From contig OZ253375.1 of assembly GCA_965261005.1 (NCBI GenBank), positions 2,528,001-2,592,000 on the forward strand: a DNA stretch of 64,000 bases, in the 5' to 3' direction. The notes beneath the pieces were generated by a model. That model had not been told where the DNA came from, ran no database searches, and saw nothing but the letters and a program-made list of their open reading frames with translations. The translations under genes and the position numbers were made by a program. Below are positions 32,376 to 43,412 of this stretch, in pieces (positions within the stretch are counted from its first letter, which is position 1; every line of letters starts with the position of its first letter). Origin of the DNA: Deinococcus sp. (GTDB lineage: Bacteria > Deinococcota > Deinococci > Deinococcales > Deinococcaceae).

Positions 32376-33593
32376 TCACTTCAAGATTTTATTCTTGAAG
32401 CCGTCCTGCACGCGCTGGTCGTACTCGGCGGCTACATCGCCGAAGGTGTGCTTCGCCAGCACAGCCGGGTCGAGGGTGTACGGCCCCACCTTGAGGGCGG
32501 CCCTCACCTGGTTGGGAAACGCGCCGCCCACCCTCGCCGGGTCAATCGCCAGGCCGTCGCCCCACACGTCGCCGGAAAGCTTTTTCAGCTGCAACTGGGG
32601 GTCGAGCAGCGTGTTCGCCACCAGCATGGCCCCCGCCCGGCTGCCCGAGTTGTAGGGAATGGCGACGTAGTGGTGGTCCGACACCGTGCCGGGGTCAAAG
32701 AGGTAGACCCGCGCCGTCTTGGGCAGCTGGCCGCTTTGCACCTCGGCGGAGATGCCGGCGATGTTCTGCACGAAGGCGAAGTCAACTTCGCCGTTGGCGA
32801 GCAGCTGGTAGAGCTGCGGCACGTCGTTCGGAAAGGTCTGGCCGCCGCGCCACAAGTCCGGCTTGATGTCCTTTAAATAGGTCCACAGCAGCGGCGATTT
32901 GGCGTTCCAGAGCTGCTCGCTGAACTTGCCCGCGAACGGCTTCTGCCCGCCCGCGAGGTCGAACAGCGCTTGGCGCAGAAAGCGGTTGCCGTAGAAGTTG
33001 GGCGGCGCCGGAAAGGTGAAGCGGCCGGGGTGGGCGTGAATCCAGCTCGCCAGCTCCGTGAAGGTATGGGGCAATTCGCTTTCCTTCACGCGGGCGCTGT
33101 CGTAGACGTACTGCCACTGGGTGCTGCCCCATGGCGACTCGGCGCCCTCGACCGGAAAGCCGAAGTCGTTCCTGATGGCCGGGTCCTGCCAATTCACCAG
33201 CTTCGCGTTGGGCAACCCCTCTGCCCAGCCCTTCAGCAGCAAGTCAGCCTGCATGGCGGTCTTGAAGTTCTCGCCGTTGATCCAGATCAGGTCCACGCTG
33301 CCGTTCTTGTTCTTGCCGGCCTGCTTTTCGCCCAGCACCTTGTTGACGGCCTGGACCGTATCGGTCAGCGGCACCCGCTTGAGGGTCACGCCGTACTTCT
33401 TGACGGCGGGGGCGACCACTGTGTCCACGTAGCGGTTGATGTTGTCCGAGCCGCCCCACATGTAGAAGTTGACCGTCTGTCCCTTGGCCTGCTTGAGGAC
33501 TTCGGGCCAAGCCAGCGGCTTCGCGTTTTGGGCGCTGGCAATACTTAGGGTGCCCAGACTCAAGATGCTCAGGGTCAGCAACAAAATCTTCAT
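32376..33593 (-). CDS. ABC substrate-binding protein (YnjB-like)
   Basis: Signal peptide; GQTVNFYMWGG, DLIWINGENF, HPGRFT. Confidence 0.85.
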   Translation of the reverse strand: MKILLLTLSILSLGTLSIASAQNAKPLAWPEVLKQAKGQTVNFYMWGGSDNINRYVDTVVAPAVKKYGVTLKRVPLTDTVQAVNKVLGEKQAGKNKNGSVDLIWINGENFKTAMQADLLLKGWAEGLPNAKLVNWQDPAIRNDFGFPVEGAESPWGSTQWQYVYDSARVKESELPHTFTELASWIHAHPGRFTFPAPPNFYGNRFLRQALFDLAGGQKPFAGKFSEQLWNAKSPLLWTYLKDIKPDLWRGGQTFPNDVPQLYQLLANGEVDFAFVQNIAGISAEVQSGQLPKTARVYLFDPGTVSDHHYVAIPYNSGSRAGAMLVANTLLDPQLQLKKLSGDVWGDGLAIDPARVGGAFPNQVRAALKVGPYTLDPAVLAKHTFGDVAAEYDQRVQDGFKNKILK

Positions 33594-34490
33594 GCGCTTC
33601 CTTTCATGTGTGCGGCGCGGCGCGCCTCGAACTTGGCGTAGACCTCGGGAAAGTCGGGGTCCATGTCGAAGCGGTAGCCGTCCCAGTAACCGTCGCGGTC
33701 GGGGTCGTAGTGGCGCGGTGCGGGCATGTCCTGCGAGAGCGCCGCCCCCTTCATGGCGCGCCGCAGCCGCACCCGCAGGGTTTCTAAGTTGCCCTCGCGC
33801 AACTCCGCCACGCTCAGCTCGGGCAGCGCCCGCAGGCCCACCCGCACGCCGTAGCGCAGCGTGGGCGCGAAGGGATGTTCCCAGATGCGGTGCGAGCCGC
33901 TGATGACGACCGGCAGCAGCGGGTACCCGAGGCGGCGGGCTACCTCGAAGGCGCCGCGCTGAACGTCGCTCTCGATGCCCGCGACGGTACCCTGCACGAA
34001 CACGGCCAGGCTTTCCCCGCCCGCCAGAATGTCCCGCGCGGCGCGCAGCAGCCCCCGGTAGCCGCCGGTGGGATGTTCCGGGTTGATGGCGACGTGGCCG
34101 AGCTGGGTGATGGCCGGTCCCACCCCCGGCCAAGTGAAGATCTCGTCGCGCGCCACAAAGCGCAGCGGCAGCGGCAATTGCAGCAGGCACAGCACGTCGG
34201 CCATGCCCTCGTGCAGCGAGGCGACCAGGTACGGCCCCGGCCCGACGTGTTCTAGACCTTCCAGCTCCAGCCGCACGCCCAGGTGGCGCAGCAAGCGTGC
34301 GCTCACGCGCCGCTGGGTGGCGGCGCGCTCGTGCGGCGTGGCGCCCGCCGGCACGCGCAGCAACTCCGCGACGCTGCGTGTCAGCAGCGCCCGCCCGAAG
34401 GCGGCGTAGCGCACCCGAGCGCCCAGCCCTTCGGGCCGGAAGATCAGCTCGGGGGGCGGTGGGGACGGATCGTTCGGCAAGGCAACCTCA
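33590..34490 (-). CDS. lysophospholipid acyltransferase family protein (start approximate)
   Basis: HEGMAD (HxxxxD), LRFVAR, FVQGT, PVVISG. Confidence 0.75.
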
Positions 34491-34517
34491 CGGACAAGAT
34501 AAGGCACGCGGGCCGCT

Positions 34518-34832
34518 CTATTGTGGCGTTGGCGGGGTCGGTGGCGGCGCGCAGCCGGCGATTTGCAGGTAGCGCAAGTCGGCCGCCCCGAAGAACAGCG
34601 CGGGAAACAGCGAGGCGCTGGCGAGGCCCAGGCCAAAGGCGCTCAGGCCCGGCCGCGCGTGACCGCTCAGCGCCAGCGCCAAGCCGCCGGGACCGAGCAG
34701 CAGCGGGGACAGCAACTCGAACAGGGTGTGACCACGGCAGGTGTCGCGCAGAATGAGCGCTTCCAGCGCGCGGACAAGAAAAAAGATGCCGGTACCCACC
34801 GCGTAGCCCAGAAAAAACGCGCGCAGGTTCAT
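34518..34832 (-). CDS. hypothetical membrane protein
   Basis: Three hydrophobic segments from MNLRAFFLGY. Confidence 0.5.
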   Translation of the reverse strand: MNLRAFFLGYAVGTGIFFLVRALEALILRDTCRGHTLFELLSPLLLGPGGLALALSGHARPGLSAFGLGLASASLFPALFFGAADLRYLQIAGCAPPPTPPTPQ

Positions 34833-35045
34833 CGGACTCAGAACGGTCACCAGCCGAATGTAGGGGCTGGCGTGCGCCGCGCACAAGGACAAGTGTCGCT
34901 TGGCCGCCCCGTTCGCCAACGTTCGCTCAAAATACCCTCATCCTCAACATGAGAGCCGCGCCTACCCTGAGATACCGCAGAGACCAAGTCGGCGGCGTGG
35001 CGTGGCGGCTGTTTGGACGCCGCGCCGTTCCCAAGGAGGACACAG

Positions 35046-35651
35046 ATGTCGCGCAGATACGAACGTTATGAACCGGACTACGAACCCCGCCGCAGCGGTG
35101 GTGGCGGTTTTGGCCTGCTGCTGCTGCTCGCGGGCTTCGCGGCGCTCGCCTACTACCTGAGCAAGCCGGCCAACCGGACGGCGGCCAAGCAAAAGCTCGA
35201 CGACCTCGGCGTGACCCAGAAGCTGGACGACCTCGGCGTTTCGGACGCGGCGAACAAGGTGGCGGGCGCGGCGAGCGAGGGCTACGAGCGCGTCAAGGAG
35301 GCGGGCGCCCAGGCGGGTGAGGTCATCGCCGACAAGGCCCAGGAAGTGCAAAAGGCCGCCAGCAGCGGGGGCCTGGGGGCCGCCAAGGACGCGGCCGTTG
35401 GCGCCCAGGGTGACGTGAAAAAGGCCGTCCAGAACGCTGCCGGTGAGGCAGGCGCGGCGGCTCAGGACGTGGCGGGCACGACCCAAGACGCCGCCAAGGA
35501 CGTGCAGGCGAAGGCGCAGAACCAGGGCGCGACCCAAAAGGCGGGCGAACAGGCCAAGGACGCCGCCCAGGACGTGAAGCGCGGCGGCCAGGACGCCTTA
35601 TCCGACCTCAAGTCCTCGCTGCAAGACGCGCGACGCGACCTCGAAAAGTAA
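35046..35651 (+). CDS. membrane-anchored LEA-like Ala/Lys/Gln/Asp-rich protein
   Basis: GGAGG SD; one TM; QKLDDLGV twice, many AQD/AKD repeats. Confidence 0.7.
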   Translation: MSRRYERYEPDYEPRRSGGGGFGLLLLLAGFAALAYYLSKPANRTAAKQKLDDLGVTQKLDDLGVSDAANKVAGAASEGYERVKEAGAQAGEVIADKAQEVQKAASSGGLGAAKDAAVGAQGDVKKAVQNAAGEAGAAAQDVAGTTQDAAKDVQAKAQNQGATQKAGEQAKDAAQDVKRGGQDALSDLKSSLQDARRDLEK

Positions 35652-35687
35652 AGTTTCTGTTGGAGATAACGCGGGCAAGTGCCCGCG

Positions 35688-36619
<932 letters not shown>

Positions 36620-36623
<4 letters not shown>

Positions 36624-37375
36624 CCGCTCGCCTCCCGCCCGGCGCGCGTCACGTCGTCCTGGGTGTCGGGCCACGTCACCCGCTCCAAGTGGGCCACGTC
36701 GTTGAAGCCGATCAATTGGCCGGCGCGCCGTTCCCCGCCCGCCCCTCCCTCTGTCAGCTGCCCCAGCGCTACCCGCGTGATCGAGGTGTTGGCGACCGAC
36801 AAGCGCGCCCACACGTCCTTGTCGCGCCCCCCGATGGCGAGGCTGACCGCCACGCGCACCACGCCGCCGTGGGTCACGATCAACAGGCGCTGGCCGGGGT
36901 GCTGGGCGCACAGCGCGTCGAAGGTGCGCGTGGCGCGCGCCGCGAGGTCGGCCATGCTCTCGCCGCCGGGCCGCCGGACGTGCCACGGATCGGCGCGCAG
37001 GGCGGCGACGTAGCCGGGAAACTGCGCTTCGATCTCGCTCCGAACCTTGCCCGACAATTGGCCCACGTCAATTTCGCGCAAACCCGGCAAGGTCACGACC
37101 TCGGGGCGGCTGTCCAGGCCGCCCGCCAACAAGCGCGCCGTTTCCAAGGCGCGCGTGAGGTCGCTGGAATACACCGCGCCGAAGTGCAGGCCCGTGAGGC
37201 GCGCCGCCAACTGCCGCGCTTGGGACACGCCGGTGGGGGAGAGCGCCACGTCGGTCTGGCCTTGGTAGCGGCCCGTGGCGTTCCACTCGGTCTCGCCGTG
37301 GCGGACCACCCAGAACTCGGCCAGGTCATCGCGGCGCAGCGTGGGAAAGCCGGTGGGCGGTTGGGGCGCGCTCAT
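36620..37375 (-). CDS. histidine phosphatase family protein
   Basis: RHGETEWN, SSDL.RA.ETA, THGG. Confidence 0.9.
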
Positions 37376-38448
37376 TCGGGCCGGGGCCGTTCGGTTCCAG
37401 ATACGAGGCGCACGCCCGCGCCCGGCTCCAGTTCGCCTACCCAGTACGGCGTCTCGCCGGCGGCGCCCAGGGCGTCTTTGGCCGCCTCACGCTCCGCCTT
37501 TGGCAGCATGAACACGAAGCCCAGCCCCATGTTGAGGGCGCGGTAGCGCTCCTGGCGGGACACCCCGCCCAGCCGCACGATCAAGTCGAACAGCGGCGGC
37601 ACCCGCCAGCTCCCTTCCCAAATGGCCGCGCCCAGGCCCGGCGGCAGCACGCGCGGCAGGTTGTCCAGCACACCTCCCCCGGTGACGTGCGCCATGCCGC
37701 GCACGTCCACCCCGGCCGCCCGCAGCGCGTCGTAGGCCCCCAGGTAGGCGCGGTGCGGCGCCAGCAGCGCGTCTTCCAAGCTGGCGCCCAAATCCGGCCG
37801 GACCTCGCGCCAATCGAGGTCCGAAAGCGCCGCCCGCGCGAGGCTGTAGCCGTTGGTGTGCAGCCCGGTCGAGGGCAAGCCGATCAGCACGTCGCCCGCC
37901 GCCAGCCGCGCCCCGGTCACCACCTCGGCGCGGTCCACGGCGCCCACCATCGTTCCCACCACGTCCAGCTCGCCGTCTTGGTACACCCCTGGCATCTCGG
38001 CGGTCTCGCCGCCCAGCAGCGCGGCGCCGAGGGCCTCGCAAGCTGCCGCCGCCCCGCCCACGATCTCGGCGGCCACCTCGGGCAACAGCTTGCCCATCGC
38101 CAGATAATCCAAAAAGAAGAGCGGGCGCGCGCCCTGCACCAGCAGGTCGTTGGCGCAGTGGTTGACGATGTCGTGGCCGAGGCCGGCGAAGCGGCCCGCC
38201 CGCGCGGCCACCTTGGTCTTGGTGCCCACGCCGTCGGTGCTGGCCGCCAGCACCGGCTCGCGCATGCCCAAAAGCGCCGAGGGCCGGAACAGCCCGCCGA
38301 AGGCGCCCAGGCCGGAGAGCACGTCGGGCGTGTGGGTGCGCCGCACCGCCGCGCGCATCAGGTCCACCGCCCGCGCGCCGGCGGCGATGTCCACCCCCGC
38401 GCGCCGGTAAGCCGATGTGTCTGTGGCCGATTCGTCTGTTTCCGTCAC
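37372..38448 (-). CDS. purM: phosphoribosylformylglycinamidine cyclo-ligase
   Basis: Y..AGVDI, STDGVGTK, GGETAEMPG, GLHTNGYSL, AHVTGGG, NMGLG. Confidence 0.95.
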   Translation of the reverse strand: MTETDESATDTSAYRRAGVDIAAGARAVDLMRAAVRRTHTPDVLSGLGAFGGLFRPSALLGMREPVLAASTDGVGTKTKVAARAGRFAGLGHDIVNHCANDLLVQGARPLFFLDYLAMGKLLPEVAAEIVGGAAAACEALGAALLGGETAEMPGVYQDGELDVVGTMVGAVDRAEVVTGARLAAGDVLIGLPSTGLHTNGYSLARAALSDLDWREVRPDLGASLEDALLAPHRAYLGAYDALRAAGVDVRGMAHVTGGGVLDNLPRVLPPGLGAAIWEGSWRVPPLFDLIVRLGGVSRQERYRALNMGLGFVFMLPKAEREAAKDALGAAGETPYWVGELEPGAGVRLVSGTERPRPE

Positions 38449-38532
38449 ATTGCGCTCCTGAATCACCCCTGATGCTGCGCGCCCAGTGTATCCGAAGGGC
38501 CAGGGGCGTGCGCCCTCCTGTAGACTGCCGCC

Positions 38533-39516
38533 GTGGCCTCCATGTCTGCCGACGTCGCCGGGCGAATCGCCTCCCTGCTGCCCCAGCGGCACGCCCGGCC
38601 CGAGATTGACCTGCTCTACCGCATGCTGCGCGACTACCCGGAGCGCGGCGGCAAGGGCCTGCGCGGCGAGCTGACCCGGCTTTCCGGCGCGGCCCACGGC
38701 GCGGACCCGGACCAAACCCTCTGGCTGGCCGCCGCCGTGGAACTCTTTCAGAATTGGGCGCTGATTCACGACGACGTCGAGGACGACTCCGAGGAGCGCC
38801 GGGGCCGCCCGGCCCTGCACCGCGAGTACGGAACGCCGCTGGCCGTCAACGCCGGCGACGCCCTGCACGCCTACATGTGGGCGGCGGTCTTTCGGGCCGA
38901 TGTTCCGGGCGCCCAGGACGAGGTGCTGAACATGGTCCACCGCACCGCCGAGGGCCAGCACGTGGACCTCGCCTGGGTCAGGGACGGCCGCTGGGACCTG
39001 ACGCCCGAGGACTACCTGGCGATGGTGCGCCTCAAGACCTCCTACTACACCGTGGTCGCGCCGCTGCGGCTGGGCGCCCTGGCCGCCGGCCTCGTGCCCG
39101 ACGAGCGCTTCACAGAGGCGGGCCTGCGGCTGGGCGCCGCCTTTCAGATTCGCGACGACGTCCTGAACTTGATCGCCGACGGCGCCAAGTACGGCAAGGA
39201 AATCGCCGGCGATTTACAAGAGGGCAAGCGCACCCTGATCGCGCTGGACTGGCTGGAGCGGGCCTCACCCGAGCGGCGCGAGGTCTTTCTGACCGAGATG
39301 AACAAACCCAGAACCGACAAGAACCCCGAGGTGCTGGCCCACATCCTCAGCTGGATATTGGAGGGCGGCGCCACCGAGCGCGCCATGCGGGTGGCCCACG
39401 ACCAAGCGGGGCGGGGACTGGCGCTGCTGGAAGAGGCTTTGCAGGACGCGCCGTACCAGAAGTACGCCGCGCAGATTCTAAACTTGATGCGGCAGCTGGC
39501 AACGCGGGAGGCGTGA
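38533..39516 (+). CDS. polyprenyl (GGPP) synthetase
   Basis: GKGLR, HDDVEDDSEERRG, GQ..D, FQIRDD. Confidence 0.92.
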   Translation: MASMSADVAGRIASLLPQRHARPEIDLLYRMLRDYPERGGKGLRGELTRLSGAAHGADPDQTLWLAAAVELFQNWALIHDDVEDDSEERRGRPALHREYGTPLAVNAGDALHAYMWAAVFRADVPGAQDEVLNMVHRTAEGQHVDLAWVRDGRWDLTPEDYLAMVRLKTSYYTVVAPLRLGALAAGLVPDERFTEAGLRLGAAFQIRDDVLNLIADGAKYGKEIAGDLQEGKRTLIALDWLERASPERREVFLTEMNKPRTDKNPEVLAHILSWILEGGATERAMRVAHDQAGRGLALLEEALQDAPYQKYAAQILNLMRQLATREA

Positions 39517-39568
39517 GGGCGAGAAAACGAATCTTCGCACGCGGGCCGCGTTCGGCATAAGGTGGGGC

Positions 39569-40792
39569 GTGGACCTGCCCGAGCTGCACCTCGACCTCAA
39601 CGACCCCGCCTTTGTGCGCGACCCCTACCCGACCCTGGCGCGGCTGCGCGCCGAGACGCCGGTCTTTTACGACCCGGTCTGGCACAAGGTCTTCTTCACC
39701 CGCTACGCCGACATTGCGCGCGTTCTGCGTGACAAGCGCTTCGGGCGCAGCGCCACGCACGTCTTGTCGCGCGACGAGCTGGGCTGGCCGCCGCCCGATT
39801 CCCGCCAAGCCGACTTCGACGCGTTTCAGGACAACCACATGCTGGACGCCGAGCCGCCGAAGCACACCCGGCTGCGCGCCTTGGTGGGCAAGGCTTTTAC
39901 GCCCAAGCGGGTCGAGGACCTCCGCCCGCGCGTGGAGGCTTTGCTGGACGCGACCCTCGCGGGGCTGGCGGAACGGCCCAGCTTCGACCTGGTGCGCGAC
40001 TTCGCCGAGCCGCTGCCGGTGGCCGTGATCGCCGAGCTGCTGGGCGTGCCCCAGGGGGACCGCCACCTGCTGCGCCCTTGGTCGGCCGACATCGTGCGGC
40101 TGTACGAGCTGGGCTACTCGCCGGAGGACCAGCGGCGGGCCAACGACGCGGTCATCGCGTTTTCGGCCTACCTGCGCGACCTCGCGGGAGAGCGCCGCAA
40201 GCGGCCCCGGGATGACCTGATCAGCGCCTTGGTGCGGGTGGAGGAGGCGGGCGACACGCTGAGCGTCGAGGAACTGGTCGGCAGCTGCATTCTGCTGCTG
40301 AACGCCGGACACGAGGCCAGCGTGAACGGCACGGTGGCGGGGGTGCGGGCGCTGCTGGAGCGTCCTGAGCAGTGGGACGCGCTGGCGCGGGCGCCGGAAG
40401 GTTCACCCCTGTTCGCGTCCGCCGTCGAGGAGCTGCTGCGCTTCGACACCCCGCTGCCGCTGTTCGAGCGCTGGGTGCTGGAGGACCTGGACCTCGGCGG
40501 CGTCCACTTGGCGCGCGGCATGGAGGTGGCCCTGTTGTACGCCAGCGGCAACCGCGACCCGGGGCAGTTCCGGGACCCGGACACCCTTGACCTGACCCGC
40601 GACGGGGGACCGCACCTCAGCTTTGGCCTGGGCACCCACTACTGCCTGGGCGCCCCGCTGGCCCGCTTGGAAATGCAGCTGGCCCTGCGCGCCCTGACGC
40701 GGCGCTTTCCGCGGCTGCGCTCCCTGGAGCGGGACGCCGAGTACGGCGGCTTCGTGATTCGCGGTGTGAAAAGGTTCGAGGTGGCAGGTTGA
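39569..40792 (+). CDS. cytochrome P450
   Basis: AGHEA, EELLR, FGLGTHYCLG. Confidence 0.95.
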   Translation: MDLPELHLDLNDPAFVRDPYPTLARLRAETPVFYDPVWHKVFFTRYADIARVLRDKRFGRSATHVLSRDELGWPPPDSRQADFDAFQDNHMLDAEPPKHTRLRALVGKAFTPKRVEDLRPRVEALLDATLAGLAERPSFDLVRDFAEPLPVAVIAELLGVPQGDRHLLRPWSADIVRLYELGYSPEDQRRANDAVIAFSAYLRDLAGERRKRPRDDLISALVRVEEAGDTLSVEELVGSCILLLNAGHEASVNGTVAGVRALLERPEQWDALARAPEGSPLFASAVEELLRFDTPLPLFERWVLEDLDLGGVHLARGMEVALLYASGNRDPGQFRDPDTLDLTRDGGPHLSFGLGTHYCLGAPLARLEMQLALRALTRRFPRLRSLERDAEYGGFVIRGVKRFEVAG

Positions 40793-40868
40793 ACTTCTGT
40801 TCGGCATACAAATAGGGAGTGACGCAACGCGCGCCACCCCCTTCAACCCTCGGTGTTTACATCGCGGT

Positions 40869-41423
40869 TTACATCGCGCTCTTCATCAAATTGCGCGCCT
40901 CTTGCAGGTGGCGCTGCTCGGTGCTATGGAAGTCGGTCACGAAGCGCCGCACGTCGCCGACCTGGGTGGTCTTGAGTTCCTGGGCAGCGTCGGACACGTC
41001 CTCGGCGTTGATGCGCTCCTCCTCCTGCAAAAAGGCCTTGTCAAAGGCCGCGCCGCTCATGCCCATCAGGTTTTGCAGCCGGCTGCTGTCGCTGGACTGA
41101 ATGGTCAGCGGCAGCGCCACGTTGTAGCTTTGGCCGAGCTTCAGCAACTCCATGTTGAGCTGATTGTGGTCGAGAATGACGCTGCGGGCGTAGCTGCGAA
41201 CGGCCTGGATACTCCCCTTCAGGTAGCCAAGTTCGGCGAGGGCCTGGTCGTAGACGCTGCCCTGCGCGTTCTTTTCCAGGTACGTGCGGTCGGCGGAGCT
41301 GATGGTGCCGGACTGATTCGCGTTTGTCGAGGTGGAATTCGTTGAGGTGGAGTTGGATTGGGCGGCGGCCAGCGAGCCGAGGACGAGCGCGGCGGGCAGC
41401 AAGAGCGCGAGGCAGTTGGACAT
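40869..41423 (-). CDS. exported DUF4142 protein
   Basis: Signal peptide; D..YL...A...LG....VRSYA..VILDH...L..MSGAAFDKAFL...HLQEA. Confidence 0.75.
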   Translation of the reverse strand: MSNCLALLLPAALVLGSLAAAQSNSTSTNSTSTNANQSGTISSADRTYLEKNAQGSVYDQALAELGYLKGSIQAVRSYARSVILDHNQLNMELLKLGQSYNVALPLTIQSSDSSRLQNLMGMSGAAFDKAFLQEEERINAEDVSDAAQELKTTQVGDVRRFVTDFHSTEQRHLQEARNLMKSAM

Positions 41424-41566
41424 GATAGACCCCTCTTCAGAGTGAGTGGCGGCGAGGGTGAGGCGGGAGAAGGTGCGGCCGCAGCCTTCAAACCCACAAT
41501 AGCCGCCGGTGTAAAAGGGGTGTAAAAGCGCGCCCCTACGCGCTTGAGCGTGCCTGAACCGAACGT

Positions 41567-42280
41567 TCACGCCCCGCTGAAATTGTCGGCGAGCACCAAC
41601 TCGCCCGCCAGCGCCTCTAGGCGCGCTGCCTCCCTATGGCCGAGGGCCAGCAGCGCGGCCACCCGCGCCGGTGAGCGCGGCAAGCTGCGCGCCAGGGCCT
41701 TTTCGGCGGTGGCGCGCGCCTTGTGCGGGGACCCGACGGCGGCCTGGGCGCGCGACAGCACGGCCAGCAGATGGGCGTCCGCCGGGTGGCCGCTCAGCTC
41801 GGCCACCTTCAGGCCCTCGGCGAGGGCGTGCAGGGCGGCGCGGCCGTCCCCCGCGTTCACGAGCAGCTCGCCCAGCAGCGTGGCGGCGGCGATCAGGGCT
41901 TGCACGTCGCCCTCGGCGCGGGCGCGGGCGCGGGCGTGCTGGGCTAGGCCCAGGTCCGGCTCGCCCAGCAGCTGGCGCGCCCTCGCGCGCAACACGGCGG
42001 CGCGCCCCCCCCCGGGTTCATCCCGCAGCGCCTCCAACGCCCCTTCAGCGTCGCCCAAGCGGCACAGCGCGGCGGCGAGGCCAAGCTGGGCGGACGCGCC
42101 TGCCCCCGCTCGCCGCGCCCGCGCCCACCATCCCGCCGCCAAACGGGGTCGCCCGGCCTGAAGCGCCAGCGCGGCGGCCCGCTCAAGCTCTGCCGGCCCG
42201 GGTTCAAAGTGCGCCAGCCCGGCCAGCAGCTGTTCGTCCGCGCCGCGCCGCAGGTCTTCTTCGAGGGCGGCCAGGGTCAC
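41567..42280 (-). CDS. hypothetical Ala/Leu-rich helical (TPR-like) protein
   Basis: Long ORF with host-like codon use. Confidence 0.55.
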   Translation of the reverse strand: MTLAALEEDLRRGADEQLLAGLAHFEPGPAELERAAALALQAGRPRLAAGWWARARRAGAGASAQLGLAAALCRLGDAEGALEALRDEPGGGRAAVLRARARQLLGEPDLGLAQHARARARAEGDVQALIAAATLLGELLVNAGDGRAALHALAEGLKVAELSGHPADAHLLAVLSRAQAAVGSPHKARATAEKALARSLPRSPARVAALLALGHREAARLEALAGELVLADNFSGA

Positions 42281-42547
42281 GCCGCCAAGTCTAGAGCCTC
42301 AAGTGTAGAACCTCAGGCGCTCAGGGCCGTATCCAGCCCCAAAAAGCGCCACGGCGACCGCCTGGGCACCCACACGCCCGCGCCGCTCTTCACGGCGCCC
42401 AGACGGCCGTCCCGAATCCAGCGGTGCATGGTGCGCTCGTGGGGTGCGCTCGTGGCAGCCGGTGTAGTCGCACACCTCGCTGACTCCAGCACAAAGAGAG
42501 CGTCAATCTTTTCTTGAGCGGGCCGGCGTGCGCTAACCTGCATTCTC

Positions 42548-43324
42548 GTGAATCTTCTGGCCGAAACGTCCGGCACCCTGGTCAACGCCCTCACCGTGTT
42601 GGTCGGCAGCGCCCTCGGCGTGCTGCTGGGCGCTCGCCTGGGCGCGCAGACGCAGCGCACCTTGCTGCAAACCCTCAGCTTGGTCACGCTGTACATCGCC
42701 CTCGGCATGGCGGGCGACCTCGCCAAGGTGAGGGTGCTGGGCGTGCCGGGGGTCATTCTGGCCCTGGTCAGCCTCGCGCTGGGCGGCGTGCTGGGCGAGG
42801 CCCTCCGGTTGGAGGCGCGGCTGGAGCAGCTCGGCGAGGCGCTCAGGCGGCGTTTCCGGGGTGGCGGGCGTTTCAGCGAAGGCTTCGTGGCGGCCAGCTT
42901 GCTGTTTTGCGTCGGCCCCCTGACCCTGATCGGCTCGATTCAGAACGGCCTCACCCTCGACCCCTCCGCGCTGCTGGTCAAGGCGGCCCTGGACGGCGTC
43001 GCGGCGCTGGCCCTCGCCGGCGTGTACGGCGTGGGCGTGGGCTTCAGCGTGATCGTGGTGGTGGTGCTTCAGGGCGGCGTCTCGTTGGGCGCGGCGGGCT
43101 TCGCGGCGGCGCTGCCGGGCGGGGACCCCGGCGTGCTGGCCACCAACCCCTCCGTGCTGCTGATCACCGGCACGGGCGGCCTGATGATCGCGGGCGTCGC
43201 TTGGAACCTGATGCTCGCGGGCCTCGACCTCGGGCGCGAGCGGGTGCGGGTGGCGGCCCTGCTGCCCGCCTTACTGCTGGCGCCCCTCGCGCTGTGGGTG
43301 TTGAGCGCGCTCGGCTGGTCGTGA
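42548..43324 (+). CDS. DUF554 family membrane protein
   Basis: GTLVNA, EGFVAASLLFCVG, KAALDG. Confidence 0.85.
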   Translation: MNLLAETSGTLVNALTVLVGSALGVLLGARLGAQTQRTLLQTLSLVTLYIALGMAGDLAKVRVLGVPGVILALVSLALGGVLGEALRLEARLEQLGEALRRRFRGGGRFSEGFVAASLLFCVGPLTLIGSIQNGLTLDPSALLVKAALDGVAALALAGVYGVGVGFSVIVVVVLQGGVSLGAAGFAAALPGGDPGVLATNPSVLLITGTGGLMIAGVAWNLMLAGLDLGRERVRVAALLPALLLAPLALWVLSALGWS

Positions 43325-43412
43325 ACGCTTGTGAAGTTTCAAACGTTTGTGAAATTTCAGGAGAAGCTCGTAAGAACATCGCAAGAAGGAGCCGTTTAGA
43401 TTGGAGCCACGC

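Noticed and set aside
40855..40878. 12-bp tandem repeat GTTTACATCGCG (similarly CTGACCCCTGTG twice at 19176-19199)
   Set aside because: Only two units; could be slippage or an excision scar, with nothing further to support a function
42313..42450. Excisionase-like HTH fragment (ERTMHRWIRDGRLGAVK)
   Set aside because: Too short, no clear start and no mobile-element context
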